This document shows, piece after piece, positions 29,504 to 45,038 of a DNA stretch of 64,000 nt. Source of the DNA: the human T2T-CHM13v2.0 reference genome, Homo sapiens; assembly GCF_009914755.1 (NCBI RefSeq), contig NC_060930.1; one strand, 5' to 3'. Below the pieces are notes generated by a model that ran no database searches, was not told the DNA's origin, and was given only the letters and a program-made list of their open reading frames with translations. How positions within the stretch are numbered: position 1 is the stretch's first letter; every line of letters starts with the position of its first letter. The position numbers and the translations under genes were made by a program.

Positions 29504-29649
29504 ACCCATGCTTGTCAAAAATAAAAGAAAAACAAGCAAGTCGGCTTAAAAAATAAGTTAAATTCTTCCCAGTTACAGATAGCCCAGGTGTGCATTTTAA
29601 CATGTAAGAGATATTACTTATCCTGCCTCCTAACAAACGTAATAAAACT

Positions 29650-29834
29650 ATATAATCAAAAGCATATGCTTAATTTCGTTGAGTATCTGTAATACATAAA
29701 TTGGATATTGCACTAGAAATAAACAGCTCATGAATCTATTTATTGAATAAAGATAATAAAATAGCTGGTGAACAGCTACATTTGCAGAAAGTTGTCCAGA
29801 TCCATTTTCAGCATGGCTATAACTTCTCTGCACA
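29650..29834 (-). pseudogene. Possible relic exon
   Basis: CREVIAMLKMDLDNFLQM after a weak AG; probable frameshift; boundaries unclear. Confidence 0.35.
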
Positions 29835-30459
29835 CTTCAGTGAATAATGCAAAACAACCTTAAGCTAAATAAGTTAAATAAGATTAAAAGTAAATGGGAT
29901 GTTTGTTGTTTATTTTAGTATTAACTTTATTGTAACATTATTCTAATTTAATATTATACTCATGTTTGGTAACTATTATACACATGGTAATGTATGTTGT
30001 ATCACATAATGAAATATGAAGTGTATATAAAGTGGAAACCATATAGGATGGTATAAACATCAACATGTTAAATGCTCTTAAGAAAGAAATGCATATTCTA
30101 CTCTGGGTTTTTATAGAAAAAAGATTAAATGATTTTCTACATTTATCCAAATCAATTTCAATCATTTTTAAACACTGGAGAATAAAATGGAAGGAGAAAT
30201 GTGCTAAAGTTTCAAGAAACTTAAATAAAAATTCACCTCCTTGATGCTTCTAGGTAATTCTTCAAAGTAACAAATGGTAAAATGGGAAGAAGGAAAGAAT
30301 AATATGTGCTTATCCACAAAGAAGAATGGGCTGACCTCTGTGACTTTTCCTAAGCAGGTAATGACTTAACTGGACTTCTCCAGTAAGCATCAGAGATCCT
30401 AACAAAAATACCAATGTGCCCTAGCCCAGTTGCAGAATAAATGAGTCTAAATCCATTCC

Positions 30460-30805
<346 letters not shown>

Positions 30806-30913
30806 TCAATGGAGTCATGGACTGATTAGAGACCCTAGGGCAGCTGAGGAGAAATTTCACATGCCCACAGTGTTTGTCTTTGTGGATATCTGTTGGGGAA
30901 GTCGGGATTACAT

Positions 30914-31118
30914 GCAGTGATGTGTGTTGAGTCAGCACCTACAAGCTCTCAAGAGTCAATTGCTCAAATCTCTTCCCAACTCCACATTCAGTGGTGTTGC
31001 ACTGGCAGCTGGAAATGGGCTATGGTGGAAGTATTTACACCACAGCAACTAGCAAATACTACAAATCGCGCTTTTTCTCCAGACAGCTAGTTTTTGAACA
31101 TTTATGGACATACCTTTG
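30914..31118. mobile_element. MER63-like hAT element
   Basis: cccaactccacattcagtg...ggaagtatttacaccacag. Confidence 0.65.
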
Positions 31119-31688
31119 ATTAACTACATCTCAACATATCCCTACAAAAACACTAGTGAGCAGTGTTCACACTACATTTTCCCCGACATACTGATCCTAG
31201 GGAGATCACCTTCTTCTAGCCCCAACTTTCTAGGTGAAATCAATTTCCTTTTGGAAATAGATTAGTCTATAATTACTAATTACTTGATTATTTAAATGCC
31301 CAAGTTATTGATTATGCTGACCCCATTGTCAAAGCCAGTAAAATTTCACTTAATTCAAATTTCCCGGGCTCTTAGCAGCAGAGACACAGAAAAGTAGAAG
31401 GTGTCATTCCCAATATTATCTGTACTACACAGCTCTAGACTTACTTTACATTACATTGATGTTTGTTGAAATGACTTGCTCCTGTAAATAATAATCAAAT
31501 GTGAAAGAGAATTAAGCAAAGTAGGATGGAAAAAGAGGAAGAGATGCTAATAATCCAGGGACACAGGTTGCATCAGTTGGCAGGTGAATTCCCTAAAACC
31601 ATCCCAGATAATAGAATGAAACAGATGGTCTGGCTCTTTTCTGTTTTTCCCCCTAAGCTGGCATTAACAGTAAAGATGATTTTGCTGG

Positions 31689-32132
31689 GTGTCTTCCATT
31701 TCCTTCTCCAAATCTGCTTCCTACCTCTCTCCACCCTTCTCTGTGCCCCAGGAACAGATGATAATGTTCCCTTGTCATCTGCTCCTGCGAAGGAAGGGAG
31801 GGAGGAGAGAGATCAAGGCCTTTTCCCCAGATCTTTTCCTCCCTGCAGGGTTGCAGTGGGCTGGCTGCACCCCTCCACCAAAGATCACAACTCTGTCAGG
31901 CAGCAACTCCAAGCACCTTTCTCTTTTCCAGTTCCAATAACCCATCCCCCTATTGCCCTCAAGTCTTGGGCCGTAGCAGTGTCTGGCTGTGACAGCTCCA
32001 GCACACTGTGTTATTTCTTATAGGTTGCCCTACACCTTGCCAAGACCTTTTTAACGGTCCCGTTATTACATTCTCTTCCTATTATTCAATTTGAGCATGC
32101 CATCTATCTTCTGCTGGGACCTTGACAGATGC
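31689..32132 (+). mobile_element. LTR33 (ERVL)
   Basis: ctctccacccttctctgtgcccca...gccatctatcttctgctgggaccttgacagatgca. Confidence 0.7.
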
Positions 32133-32171
32133 AACAGTATTGAAAAATCCAGAAAAACCACGAAACACTAC

Positions 32172-32339
32172 CAAATTGTGTTCTCCCCTGTTGCCTCTGA
32201 TACCATCCATATGATTCTGTGCTGCGCAAAACTTCCATGCCTTCAGACCCATCTAAAGAATCAACCAAACAATCTGCAAGAACTCGCTAAGCCCCTGTCC
32301 TGCACCCAGCACCATCCTTGGTATTGTGTCTTATGCTAC
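32172..32339 (-). pseudogene. Relic exon (168 nt)
   Basis: tccccttgtag|VA*DTIPRMVLGAGQGLSEFLQIVWLIL*MGLKAWKFCAAQNHMDGIRGNRGEHNL|gtagtg. Confidence 0.55.
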
Positions 32340-32455
32340 CTACAAGGGGACCAAAGTGGTCAACTTTTTATTTTTCCAAGTTTAACTTCTTTTGGGGGCC
32401 TGATCTAATTTCTCTTACAGAGCTGTACAAATTTACATGACCACATTAATTTTGA

Positions 32456-32817
<362 letters not shown>

Positions 32818-33024
32818 TAAACCCCTATATTTAAAGTCCAGGTTACCAAAAAGAAAATAAACAAAGCCCCGACTTCACCTCCTGTATAGCATCAGGGTAA
32901 GGCTAGCACAGAACGGGTCACAGAGAGCACATCAGTCTCCAAAATGTCAAACACAGAAACCTAAATTTAAAGGGACCACCATGTCCACCTCACTAGTTTC
33001 ATACAGAGCCATCCTTAAAGCCTG

Positions 33025-33280
33025 AATAATAACAGCTAATAGTTTCGAGTATTTAACTGTAGGACATATCCTGTGCTGTGTTTCGCCTATAATATCTCAT
33101 TCAAGACTTTAAACAACTCTACAATATAAGCACACTATATTAGTATTCTCATTTTATAGATGACAAAACTAAGGCCCACAGGTTATATTCTTGGTCCAAA
33201 TTCACACAGCTGCTAACAACTGGGGATTCAAATGCAGGCAGCCTGTTTCTAGAATCCAGGCTCTGAACCACTGCACCAGA
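33025..33280 (-). mobile_element. MIR
   Basis: ctcattttatagatgacaaaactaaggc core. Confidence 0.8.
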
Positions 33281-33415
33281 AATCAGGTTTGCATCACTTC
33301 TAGCGACTGGAAAACCTGATGTTTCAAGGACAGTTTTAAAGAGGAAGAAGAAGAAACCTTTTCATTTTCCTGTAAAGTATTCCTTTTTCCCCTTTAAATC
33401 TTCAAGGTTACCCAC

Positions 33416-33621
33416 CTGGAGTTGGGAGCTGGTGGGTGTGTTGTTCTGTATATTACATTTGTGCTCTGGACAGAACATCTTCTTGGCCTCAAATTCGGTT
33501 CTCCCCACACCCTACAGGGTTCTCAAGTTCACATACTTCCAGAAGCCCCTATTGTCTTGATTCGATAAAGGCTTTGTAGTGCTCAAGGACATTAAGTATT
33601 TATTTCTGTAGTTCCTTATAA
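33416..33621 (-). pseudogene. Relic exon (206 nt)
   Basis: cctttgttag| ... CAG|gtgggt; one frame has 1 stop in 68 codons; another gives YKELQK*ILNVLEHYKAFIESRQ (frameshift possible). Confidence 0.65.
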
Positions 33622-35059
33622 CTAACAAAGGCAAGAACAGTCATTCCAATGAATGTTTTACCTACAGCTTCACTCTCCTTTGTGATATTTCAGGTATGCA
33701 ACAATTAATAGAAGAAGTTCCCCAGGATGTTCTAATTATAATCTTCCCTCACATATGAGGGGAAATGGTCTATTTCACAGAAGGATATTTCGTAAAACTC
33801 AAATCTCAAATTGAGCTGAAAATGAGTTCAATTATTGCACTTAGGCCTGTCCTTGCCCTTGGAGCACTGGTATATCAAATTAGAACTTCCAATAATGACT
33901 GTCAGCTGCTTCCTTTGGAGGCCAGTTTGGGTTTAAGGTTATAAATTCATTGGAACTAACAACCCTAGCCTTTTCAGGTTCTAGGTACATTATTACACCT
34001 ACTCCATCCACCTAACAGAGCCTTAGGTCCTAATCCTTAGAAACTCCCTTCTAGATGTCTTTATTCTACCACTTACGATTCTCCCTGGGCACCTACCTGC
34101 CTATCTCTGCTCTTTTTTTTTTAATTGCTGTTTTTCACTCATTAGAACATTTATTGTTGTGGTTTCCTTTTTATATATTCCCCAGGGTGAATTTTCCCAA
34201 TTGGGTTTTCCTTCCCAGCTTTCCCCTGGCTTTGGATCAAGTCCATGTTGGCAGGTTTAGCTGGAAAGAACAAGATAAAGGCAATATATCCACTATACAC
34301 CAGCAAAAGCAAGCGAGCTGTCTTTCATAACATTTTTCCTTCAGTACAATTTCTTACTGAGGGATAGAAAGAGAGAGAGAGGATTTTTTTTAATGCAAGA
34401 AGTCATTTAGTAGCAGCGTATATATGTTATCACCACTTCACTTCCAACCACTGCAAAATACACATTCACAAGTTGGCCGAAATGAAGCTCAGCCCATGTC
34501 CATGAAATAAGTGTCTTTATGTATTTTACTGTGCATAGCTAGTTTGTTAGTCATTCAATAGCAGAATTTAGTGATTCAAGTACTAACTAGCTTATGTAAC
34601 CTTAAAGTTGTTTCATGTCTCTGCCTCAGATTCCCTATCAATAAAAGATGAGTTGTATCACCCAAAATACTTATTTCATAGACTTTTGTGAGAAAAAAAT
34701 AGAAAAATAATATATGTTTTAGAAAAAAAAAGAGCAAGCTGTTTTCAACTTATAAATGAGCTCTATTCCAAAAGTTCATTGCTAGGAACCTGGAGCATAT
34801 TTTCCCAGATAAAAAATATGACAAAGGGTGGTTAGGTTTGCAGGCACCTGCAGAGGTCCATCTGCAGGTGAACCGCAGAGCTCATGGTGTCCTAGATGAC
34901 AATCAGTGTACGGATGATGATGGTGGGAAAGCACATTCGTGTGCCAGTGGGGAGTGATTAGGAAGTCTCTGTTACAGGAATGTGAATTGATGGTAAAAGA
35001 AAGACAAACTTTACTATTTTGTTCTTCTATGCCGTTTAAATTTTTACCACAAGCAAGAA

Positions 35060-35593
<534 letters not shown>

Positions 35594-35609
35594 AAAGAAT
35601 GGCTTTTTA

Positions 35610-36330
35610 AAAAATCTTTTAGTTTTGGGGTACAAATGCAGGTTTGTTATATAGGTAAATTATGTATCACAGAGGTTTGCTGTACAGATTATTTTGTCAC
35701 CCAGGTAATAAGCATGGTACTTGATAGGCAGTTTTACAATCCCCACCCTCCTCCAACCCTCCACCCTCAAGTAGGCCCTGAAAACTGTTGTTCCCTTCTT
35801 TGTATCCATGTGTACTCAATGTTTAGCTCCACGTACACATGAGAACATGTGGTATTTGGTTTTCTGTTTCTGCATTAGTTCACTTGGGATAATGATCTCC
35901 ATCTCTATCCATGTTGCTGCAAAGGATATGATCTCATTATTTTTTATGGCTGCATAGTATTCCATGATCACACATTCCATGTGTATATGTATCACATTTT
36001 CTTTCTCCAGTCTACCACTGATGGGCACTTAGGTTGACTCCATGTCTTTGCTATGGTGAAGAGTGCTGCAATGGACATACATGTGCATGTGTCTTTATGG
36101 CAAACTGATTTATATTCCTTTGAGTATATACCCAATAATGAGATGATTGAGGTTAAATAGCCATTTAACCATGGGGTTAAATGGCAGTGCTAAGTTCTTT
36201 GAGAAATCGCCAAACTGCTTTCCACAATGGAAAACTAATTCACTATTCCCATCAGCAACATGTAAGCATTCCTTTCTCTCCACAACATTACCAGCATTTG
36301 TTATTTTTTTGACTTTTTAATAATAGCCAT
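35610..36330 (-). mobile_element. 5'-truncated L1PA (PA15/16-like)
   Basis: gcaggtttgttatataggtaaa...gtcacccaggtaataagc 3'UTR. Confidence 0.9.
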
Positions 36331-36332
36331 GA

Positions 36333-36658
<326 letters not shown>

Positions 36659-36956
36659 TTATAATGAAAGAAAATAACAGAAATTTTTTCCATACAAAAG
36701 GCCATACTAATAACAGTGCTATCTTTGGAAGTGAAATAATAATCATTTGCTGTTTCTGAAACAGGACGTTCCATGACACAGTATGAGACTGAGTGTTCGT
36801 CTGTGTACCAGTGATGTATGCAATTTATCAATCATCCTGGTTGGGGTTCTTTCCCCTGCCTAGTTGTGGATCATTGCTACATCCATACAGTGAAATTTGG
36901 AGAACACCACAAAACGAAAGTGTCAGTATGCTTATCAACCCAAATGCTTCACTCAC

Positions 36957-37013
36957 CCTTCCGAGATCGTTTTCCCTCTTTCCTCTTCCTAGTTCATGCC
37001 ACCAAAGAGTCCA
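36957..37013 (-). pseudogene. Relic exon (57 nt, symmetric)
   Basis: ctttctcctctcag| ... AGG|gtgagt, both strong sites; frame ambiguous. Confidence 0.6.
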
Positions 37014-37624
37014 CTGAGAGGAGAAAGTTTTTTATTTACACAAATTCATATAAATTTGCTCTGAAAAGAGGACCTGCGTACAATACACACTACCCACGTT
37101 CAGGTACCACCTGAGAGGAGATGACAAGCCAGAGGCAGGGGTAGGCAAGGTGGGTGGGTGTGAGATGAGTAGGGTGTAAAGAAAAAGGGACTGGGGAGGC
37201 CCAGATGGCAGGAGCCCTGCCAAGGGCACCTGGGATGCAGATCTGGGGGGCAGCAGTGCTCCTGGGCAGGAGGAGGTGGAAAAAGCCCCATCAGGAATGG
37301 TAAATAAATTGCATACATCAGTCCAACAGAACCTACAAAATCTGCTTGTTAGTCTGATTTCACGGCATGAGTTTATTATCAAATTATGCCTGTCAATAAA
37401 TAATTAAGTATTTTTTATCACTTCCAACTTAAGAAAATAACAGAGAGGCTTTTGCCACACACACATTCTAAATTAACTAATAACAGTGCTATCTTCGGAA
37501 GTGAAATAATAAACAGACTCTGTTTCTAAAACAGGAAATTCCATGACACAACATCAAATTCAGTATTTGTCAATACTATACGATCCAGGAAGCCCCAGAA
37601 CATCTTCAGAGAGAAAATTACTTC

Positions 37625-37961
37625 TTTTTTCTTGTTTGCTTATTTTTGTTTTTGGGGGTTTTTGTTTGTTTATTTTTTGAGATGGAGTCTTGCTCTGTCA
37701 CCCAGGCTGAAGTGCAGTGGCACGACCTCAGCTCACTGCAACCTCTGCCTCCCGGGTTCAAGTGATTCTCCTGCCTCAGCCTGGTGAGTAGCTGGGACTA
37801 CAGGCATGACCCACAATGCCTGACTAATTTTTTGCATTTTTGGTAGAGACGTGGTTTTGCCATGTTGGCGAGGCTGGTCTTGAACTCCTGAGCTTAAGTG
37901 ATCTGCCCACCTCGGCCTCCCAAGGTGCTGGGATTACAGGCATGAGCCACCATGCCCGGCC
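37625..37961 (-). mobile_element. AluS
   Basis: TSD aaattacttctt. Confidence 0.95.
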
Positions 37962-38809
37962 GAAATTACTTCTTAACTTACAAACTGAGAAACTGCCTTA
38001 TGAATGTGATCACTGGGCCAAGGTGGCCTCATCACAGAGGGCCTTGTTTAGGATGTCCTTATAGCTGGGCCACCTACAGTAGGAAAACATTAAGATTAAT
38101 TTGCCAAATTCGGTAGAGAGGTCAGCTCTATTCTTCCTTTACACACAGTCGTGGTCCACTCCAAACCTGCCCCTTCTCTAGACGTTAACAGCTATTTCTT
38201 CACAGATGCATGAAGGAATTCCCTGGATAAGAGAAAAATCACAGAGGGCTGGGTTCATGACTTAGGTGCTTAAGCACATAAGGGAGGTGATAGAAACTTA
38301 AGCAATGAATGGGGGGAGTATTCTGCAAACTTTTATTTTGAGTGTTTAGAACTTAGATTTATCACCAGGTTCCAAGGGCTTGTTTTTAATTGAAGATAGA
38401 TTCAACAAATATGCATGGAGCATACCTACATGTCCCAAACCCCATGATAGTTTCTATGGATATAAAGACACATTAAACCTAAAATCTCACATTCTACAAA
38501 CCTCAAGAAACTCACATTCCATAGAAAGTTTGTTTCTTTCCTCAACATGGCCAGGAATACAGTAGTATTTAATCCATAAATTCTTTTTGACTTGACAAGT
38601 TTTGTTAATTTCAGATCAGTGAAAGCAATTCAATAAGTGTTAGTGAATGCTTTTCATCTCACTACATTTTCCTTCCTATTTCTGTTGAATGACACAAACC
38701 TGAAACTTATTTTCTCAGATACAATTAAATAGCATATTCTATTAGTTTTATGTGTAGCTTTACTGGTCATCTACTAGAAGCCAGATACTACATTTAGCTC
38801 CATTAATAA

Positions 38810-38960
38810 TAATTCCAATAAGGTCAAGGGCATGCATTTTGGAGGCAGGGAATCTGGACATGGTCCCAGTTCCACCAGTTGGTAGCTCTGTGAGTTTTCA
38901 CTTCAGTTTCTTCATTTGTAGGATGCATATCATAATAATACCTACCCTGCCTACCTCATC
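38810..38960 (+). mobile_element. MIR
   Basis: cttcagtttcttcatttgtaggatg...ataataatacctacc. Confidence 0.75.
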
Positions 38961-39055
38961 TCAGGTGAGTAAATAAGGATTGTTTTCAAAATAAACTATT
39001 TATATTTGAAGATAACATTGCTAACAGTATCTTTTAAAAACAAAAACAAACATAC

Positions 39056-39181
39056 CAGACTTATCACAGGCAGCATTCCAGGTTCCTTCTCAACATCAAA
39101 GCAAGTAAGGGCTTATCAGGAGCAGAGGCTTATAGGACTTGTTGCTACATGCTGCTCTACTTCTCTACAACATCCTGGTCC
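39056..39181 (-). pseudogene. Relic exon (126 nt, symmetric)
   Basis: actttttag| ... CTG|gtatgt; 2-5 stops depending on frame. Confidence 0.5.
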
Positions 39182-39392
39182 CTAAAAAGTCTTTATTAGA
39201 ATGAAACATAGATGCTGTGATGGCTGCCACTGTTGTATTATCAGAAGATGTGCTTCGAGATATTCAACTGCTAAAGAAACTTAGCAGTCGAAAATCTTAG
39301 TGGCTGAACATCTTGAGAACTCTATAACTTGGATGAAAATGTGCATAGTTCAGACCAGGCTTGGTTGCCTTAGAAAGCACATCATCACCACT

Positions 39393-39857
39393 GGGGCCGC
39401 TTTGTGATTTTTGTGAACCCTAGGCTCTTTTGCCTTTATGGGTACTTCCTCCATTAAAGAAAAAATTGAAATCCTATTTTATGATTACATTGGTATAAAA
39501 ATGAATATAATCCATGCAGGATTCATTATTACAAGTTGAGTATCCCTTATTCAAAATGCTTGGACCAGAAAGGTTTCGGATTTCAGATATTTTTGGATTT
39601 TTGAATATTCGCACTATACACTTACCAGTTCAGCATCCCTTTGAGCATCATGTTGGCACTCAAAAAGTTTTAGATTTTGGAACATTTCGTACTTTGAATT
39701 TTTGGATTAGGAATTCAACTTGTATATATTTACTGTTATTACTATACTATCTTTTTCCTTGTGATGTTTAAAGAAATTAAAACATTTTCATGGGCCCTAA
39801 AAGTAATGTGGACTCTAGCCTTTGCTCATGCTGTGCCTAGCAGACAAGTCAGTCCTG
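39393..39857. mobile_element. MER96B-like hAT element containing nested Tigger4a (39532-39722)
   Basis: Tigger4a caagttgagtatccc...ggaattcaacttg with TA flanks; host end gtgcctagcagacaagtcagtcctg. Confidence 0.75.
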
Positions 39858-39879
39858 CTCATTGGAGCAGACATCCATC

Positions 39880-40340
39880 ATCTGACCGCCACTACCTCTC
39901 CAGCCACATCTCCCACCAGCCTGCCCTCCTTCACTCCATTCCAGCCCGCCCAACCCCGCTTCATGCCCTCTATGATATCCAGCATATTCCTATCCCAGAG
40001 CCTGAGCCCTAGAGTTCTCTTGACCTGGGATGCTTTTCCTCAGATCTTTGCAAGTCACTCTGGCCTCCACAAGTGTCACCTCTCCAGAGAGGCCTTCCCT
40101 GACAACCCTGACAATCCCAGCCACCTTCCATGCCATTATCCTGTTGTAGTTTCTTAGTGGCGCTTACAACAATCTGAAAAGGTCTCATTTCTTTGTCTAT
40201 TGTTGGCCTCTCATTCCAAGATGTTATAAGGGCTGTGAGGTATATGAGGGCAGGGACTTGGTCTGCCTTGTTCACTGTCACATCCCCAGTGCTTGGTCCA
40301 TGGTAGGTTCTTAATAAACATTTATGGAATAAATGAATGA
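39880..40340 (+). mobile_element. L2a 3' end
   Basis: gagggcagggacttggtctgccttgttcactg...aataaatgaatga. Confidence 0.85.
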
Positions 40341-40814
40341 GTAGATAGGCTGCAAAGCTTTCTCAGCTCATTTGAAGAATGTGGGAACAAAATAGTGCCT
40401 GCCATTTTGCTCTTTATTCTTTGTTCATTTATTCTTTATCAATAGCAGGTCTCCACCAGACCAGGACAAGCATCCTTGGGGAGTTAGCGTCCAGAGCTGT
40501 AGGGAAGGGAGGGAGGAGAGCACTTTTGCACATACAACCAGACCAGACTCAAATGAGAGCACAGAAAATGCTCATAACTTGCCCCTCTGGGTTCCTTTTA
40601 AAAAGTTCATTCAGTATCTACTAAATGCCTGCTTGTGTTAGCCACCATCTCAGAAGAAGAGGACTAGTTTCCACTCTCAAAGGATACAATGAAAAGGCAA
40701 CCACATGGAAAGTGGAATTTGAAAAGCACCTTGAAAAGACATATACTTCACCTCCTGTCTTCAGGAAGGATATAGGACATTATTGAGAGACTCGGAGACA
40801 GTGGCTTTAGGGAC

Positions 40815-41215
40815 TGTGAGAAATGTTTGCTTTTTCTCAGCATCCATTCCTTCTTTTTGGTAATAGCACATCCATTTTCATTTTCTTATGAGGAATTATT
40901 CCTCCCCCATTATTTACAGGATTCTTATTAAAGGTCCTCAGCCTTCTTCCCTGAAAGAAGGGGTGGCTGGTCATGTGACCCAAGCCAATCAGACCTTCTC
41001 TAGAGGCTTGAATTTTAGCAGAGTGATACAAAGGGGTTGGGGGGTGCAGAGCATGAAGTACTCATACATTCACTCACAAAACGATGGGTTCATTCCTACT
41101 TCCAAGAACCCCAGGAATGCCCTAGTACCCTTCTTTTCAGAGCATGATTCTCCAACGTTCCTCAATGTGGTGAACTTCCTGTTGACCTCTCTGTTTAAGG
41201 AAACCAGAGGCATTT
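40815..41215 (+). mobile_element. MLT1 (J/K-like) LTR
   Basis: cagcatccattccttctttttggtaatagcac...catgtgacccaagccaatcaga. Confidence 0.6.
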
Positions 41216-41517
41216 CTATGAAGCCCCCTGAGGCATGTAGTGGGAGCTGCGCACAACTGGAGCATTAGACTGTTTCTAGATGCAGGCAATCCAAATAACT
41301 GACTGCTTTGTGCCTCAGCTTTTTGAGACTTCAAAGAGAGGTAATTCCTATTCAGTCAGCACCCAAAGATTATTGAGAGGTTAAAATGAACTAGTAAATT
41401 AACAAGTATGTGTGTCATTTAGGTCTCCCAGGAAGCAGATGCTGAAACAGTGTAAGCAACACAAGTGGTTTACTTGGGGGCAACACCTCTGAGAAATGAA
41501 AGGAAAGAGAAGCAGAG

Positions 41518-41718
41518 CCGTCTCTACAGAAGAATAGAAAAATTAACCAGCCGTGTGGTGCACACCTGTAGTCCCAGCTACTCTGGAGGCTAAGGTGAGA
41601 GGATCTTTTGAGCCCAAGAGTTCAAGGCTGCAGTGAGCTATGATGGCACCACTTACTGCATTCCAGCCTGGGTGACAGAGTAAGACCCTGTCTCAGAAAA
41701 AAAAAAAGAAAAAAAAAG
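41518..41718 (+). mobile_element. 5'-truncated AluJ
   Basis: Right arm plus A tail. Confidence 0.85.
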
Positions 41719-41775
41719 TATAATCTTGTCATAACTTGATGACAAGGGGAACTTAGATATGCATAAAAACTGACA

Positions 41776-42180
<405 letters not shown>

Positions 42181-42255
42181 TTACCGTCTCAACTGGCCCC
42201 AAAGGGGAGCTCACCATAAGGGAGGAGGTACCTAGACTGATAACCCCAGGCTCAC

Positions 42256-42358
42256 CACTGGATCTATGGGTATTTGAGGAGAAGATGGTTTTAAAACTGC
42301 TTTTGGAAGCTCGTCCTGATCCTCCAAATTTTAATTTCCAAGGCTCTGACTCGATAAA
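42256..42358 (-). pseudogene. Relic exon (103 nt)
   Basis: gtttatacag|FIESEPWKLKFGGSGRASKSSFKTIFSSNTHRSS-G|gtgagc. Confidence 0.6.
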
Positions 42359-43080
42359 CTGTATAAACACTAAATAACTGAGTTTAAAATTAAAAAAAAA
42401 AAGTATTTTAATCTTTCCCACACGGACTCCTTCCTAGTTCTACTCACAGACAGACACATGCATAGACAGCTGATTGAAGTTGAAGGAAGGCAAAATAAAT
42501 TGTACCAACAATGAAACATTTTAACCTAAATGAAAAAATTAGTTTTCAAAAGATTAAAATTAGTCCAAACCATTTTTAAGACTAATTTGCCAATGTGCTG
42601 TTAATAAAGTTATTATATTTATTCCTAAAATAAGCAACTATGCAAGGCAGGAAGACAGAACATGAAGGATTTCTCCTGGCCGATCTGAACCAGGTATCAA
42701 GAAAGAAAACCATGCCTCTTTTTGAAATACAATTTATAGAGTAACAAAATATGGATGTGAGGGAAGGGTGAGATCCCTTTTCTTTCCCAAATTGTCCTAG
42801 TGTTGACATTAAGAAGATTAACATGTGATTCTAAGTGACCCTAGGATCCACTTATTTGTCATCTTGGAAACAATAGTTTAACAGTTTTCAAAATAACTGA
42901 ACAATGTAAACAAACAGCTTCTTTGACTAATCTGGGATCTGCTGCTGCCATAAAGTCGCCTTCAGGACATTTTCAAAAAGAGTTTGGGGGGTTTTTTTGT
43001 TTTGTTTTGTTTTATCTCTTTACAGTGTGAAAAGCCTTGCCTGAAAATTGACTAATGTGTAAAAGGAAGCCATCATTCAC

Positions 43081-43256
43081 GCTAATGAGGTCCTTCAACA
43101 GGTCCTTCTCCCAGTGCTCCAAGCTGCCCTAGAGCTGAAATGTGAGGCTTCTTTAACCTGGAGCTGGCTGAAAGAATTTCACTACCCTCCCCAGGCATTC
43201 AACATAGGCTTCTTTCTAGTACATTTTCTTCAGGTTTTTCATTCACACACTAATCA
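43081..43256 (-). pseudogene. Relic exon
   Basis: ctttattttag|ISV*MKNLKKMY*KEAYVECLGRVVKFFQPAPG*RSLTFQL*GSLEHWEKDLLKDLIS|gtgaat (alternative GC donor at 43041). Confidence 0.55.
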
Positions 43257-43579
43257 CTAAAATAAAGCACTCCATTTCTAAGTACCTGAAAGGTGCTGAC
43301 ATATGCACACCTCAGATGAATGGGGTGTTTAATCCTCCCATCCACGGCTCCACCTGCACAAAAAACAAAAAACAGCCATGTGCAGTGCATTGGCACCATC
43401 CATCTTGTACTCCAAATGTCTCCCTCAGTTCGTTTTCTCTTTCCTTCATCCATCCACCCCAACCACTGGCACATGTACAAAATTTGAATCACATCCAAAC
43501 CTGAACCAATAAAACTAAGAGGCTCAATATTTTTATTTATCTACGATTATTTCTAAAGCCTGGAAAATTTTGAGTTTAC

Positions 43580-43719
43580 ATAAATTCAGAGAAGGAAAAT
43601 TCTCCATAACCACAGACAGGTTTCATAATCACTCCAAGGAAATGACAAGTTCTTCTTGGGAACAATTCCTTTTGCTTTCTGAAATTTGAGGTGAGAAATT
43701 TCATTTGTTTTTCACTGAA
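43580..43719 (-). pseudogene. Relic exon (140 nt)
   Basis: catttttttgcag| ... |gtaaac; one frame fully open; correct frame ambiguous. Confidence 0.55.
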
Positions 43720-43930
43720 CTGCAAAAAAATGAATGATGTCATTCTTATACCATGGGAACTGGTACTATAAGTTCTATCAAGAGACATAGTTCTCATTTC
43801 CAACATAGATGACTAAATTATGTGTAGGGCTAGTGAGAAAAAGGAGAGGGAGGGTGAAAGCCACATTACTGTTATTGCTTGTTCAGAACCGTATATATTC
43901 CCACATTTCTCCCTTCCAGTGTTTTCTTGC

Positions 43931-44039
43931 TTAAAGGATTAAGGGAATATTTGGGACTTTTCTCTTTGTCTCATTTCCCCTCATTTTCAAGCTGCCAGCT
44001 AGTTTTCTAGATGGGTACTGAACAAGAGTCATCTGAGTA
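43931..44039 (-). pseudogene. Possible relic exon
   Basis: cttttatttcag| ... AA|gcaaga (GC); frame ambiguous. Confidence 0.4.
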
Positions 44040-45038
44040 CTGAAATAAAAGTTCCACCTCCTAAACCGCATTTGTAACAGGGATTGGGTCCAAAGAGATA
44101 TCTCAGAAAACTGTACCAACCATGTGGTAAAATACCTGCTTCAGAGTCTTTTGATTTACTAAGATAAGATGAGCCTTCTGAAACCTTAGAGACATTACAG
44201 TCCAGCCAGATACCTCCTCTCTCTATAAGGAAGCTAAGCACCAAAATGATGAGCTGATTTTTCCCAAGATCACATGGCTAAGTGGAGGCACAATTGAGCC
44301 AAGATCTTTTACATTTCTCTTTATTGTATAATTATAAAGGGGGCCAAGAAGACATTTATATTTATAAAATGGAATTTAAGCTAGATTTTGATGTTCAAAG
44401 AAATCCTCAAATACTGTTTTCTATTTAAAAAACTCTACCACATTTCGTCTGAAGATTATCACTTCTGTAAGACTATCCAGATCTATCTTCACATTTACTG
44501 CTAGCAAATAAATAAAAATATTCTAAAGATAATTGAGTAACTTTCAGGATAATACAATTATTACAGATGGGTACATATTATAGATATTGTCTAAGTCCTA
44601 AGAAAATATACCCAAGAAATTTGTAGGACTAGGATGCTAAGGGCAGGCACAGCAAATTTGGGACATATTAATGAAACCCAAGAAGAAGAGTAATAGGTTG
44701 CATCCAGGCCTAAATTAAATGTTAGTGATGGGTGGAATCATCCAATCCCGAAAAGGAAAAGTAGACAAAATGTGTTTGAACAAGAATGCTTTTGACAGAC
44801 TTAAAACTGACTGATTTTATATCTCTTACTATGGAAAAGACCACAAGAAATAACCTACATTATAAAGGAATACATAAAAAACAAAACAAAAAAATAATAA
44901 TCTGATCCCTAAAGCATTGAAAAAGTAAAAGGAAAGAAGGTACATAATTCCAGTACCCAGAGCAAGCCCCATCAGTGTTAGAGAAGAAAAGCAGCCAAAT
45001 TAAAAAGCAGATTCAAGAAGATCTTAATAAAAATGGTG

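Noticed and set aside
31526-32023. 165-aa plus-strand ORF
   Set aside because: Mostly inside LTR33; no recognisable protein or splice context
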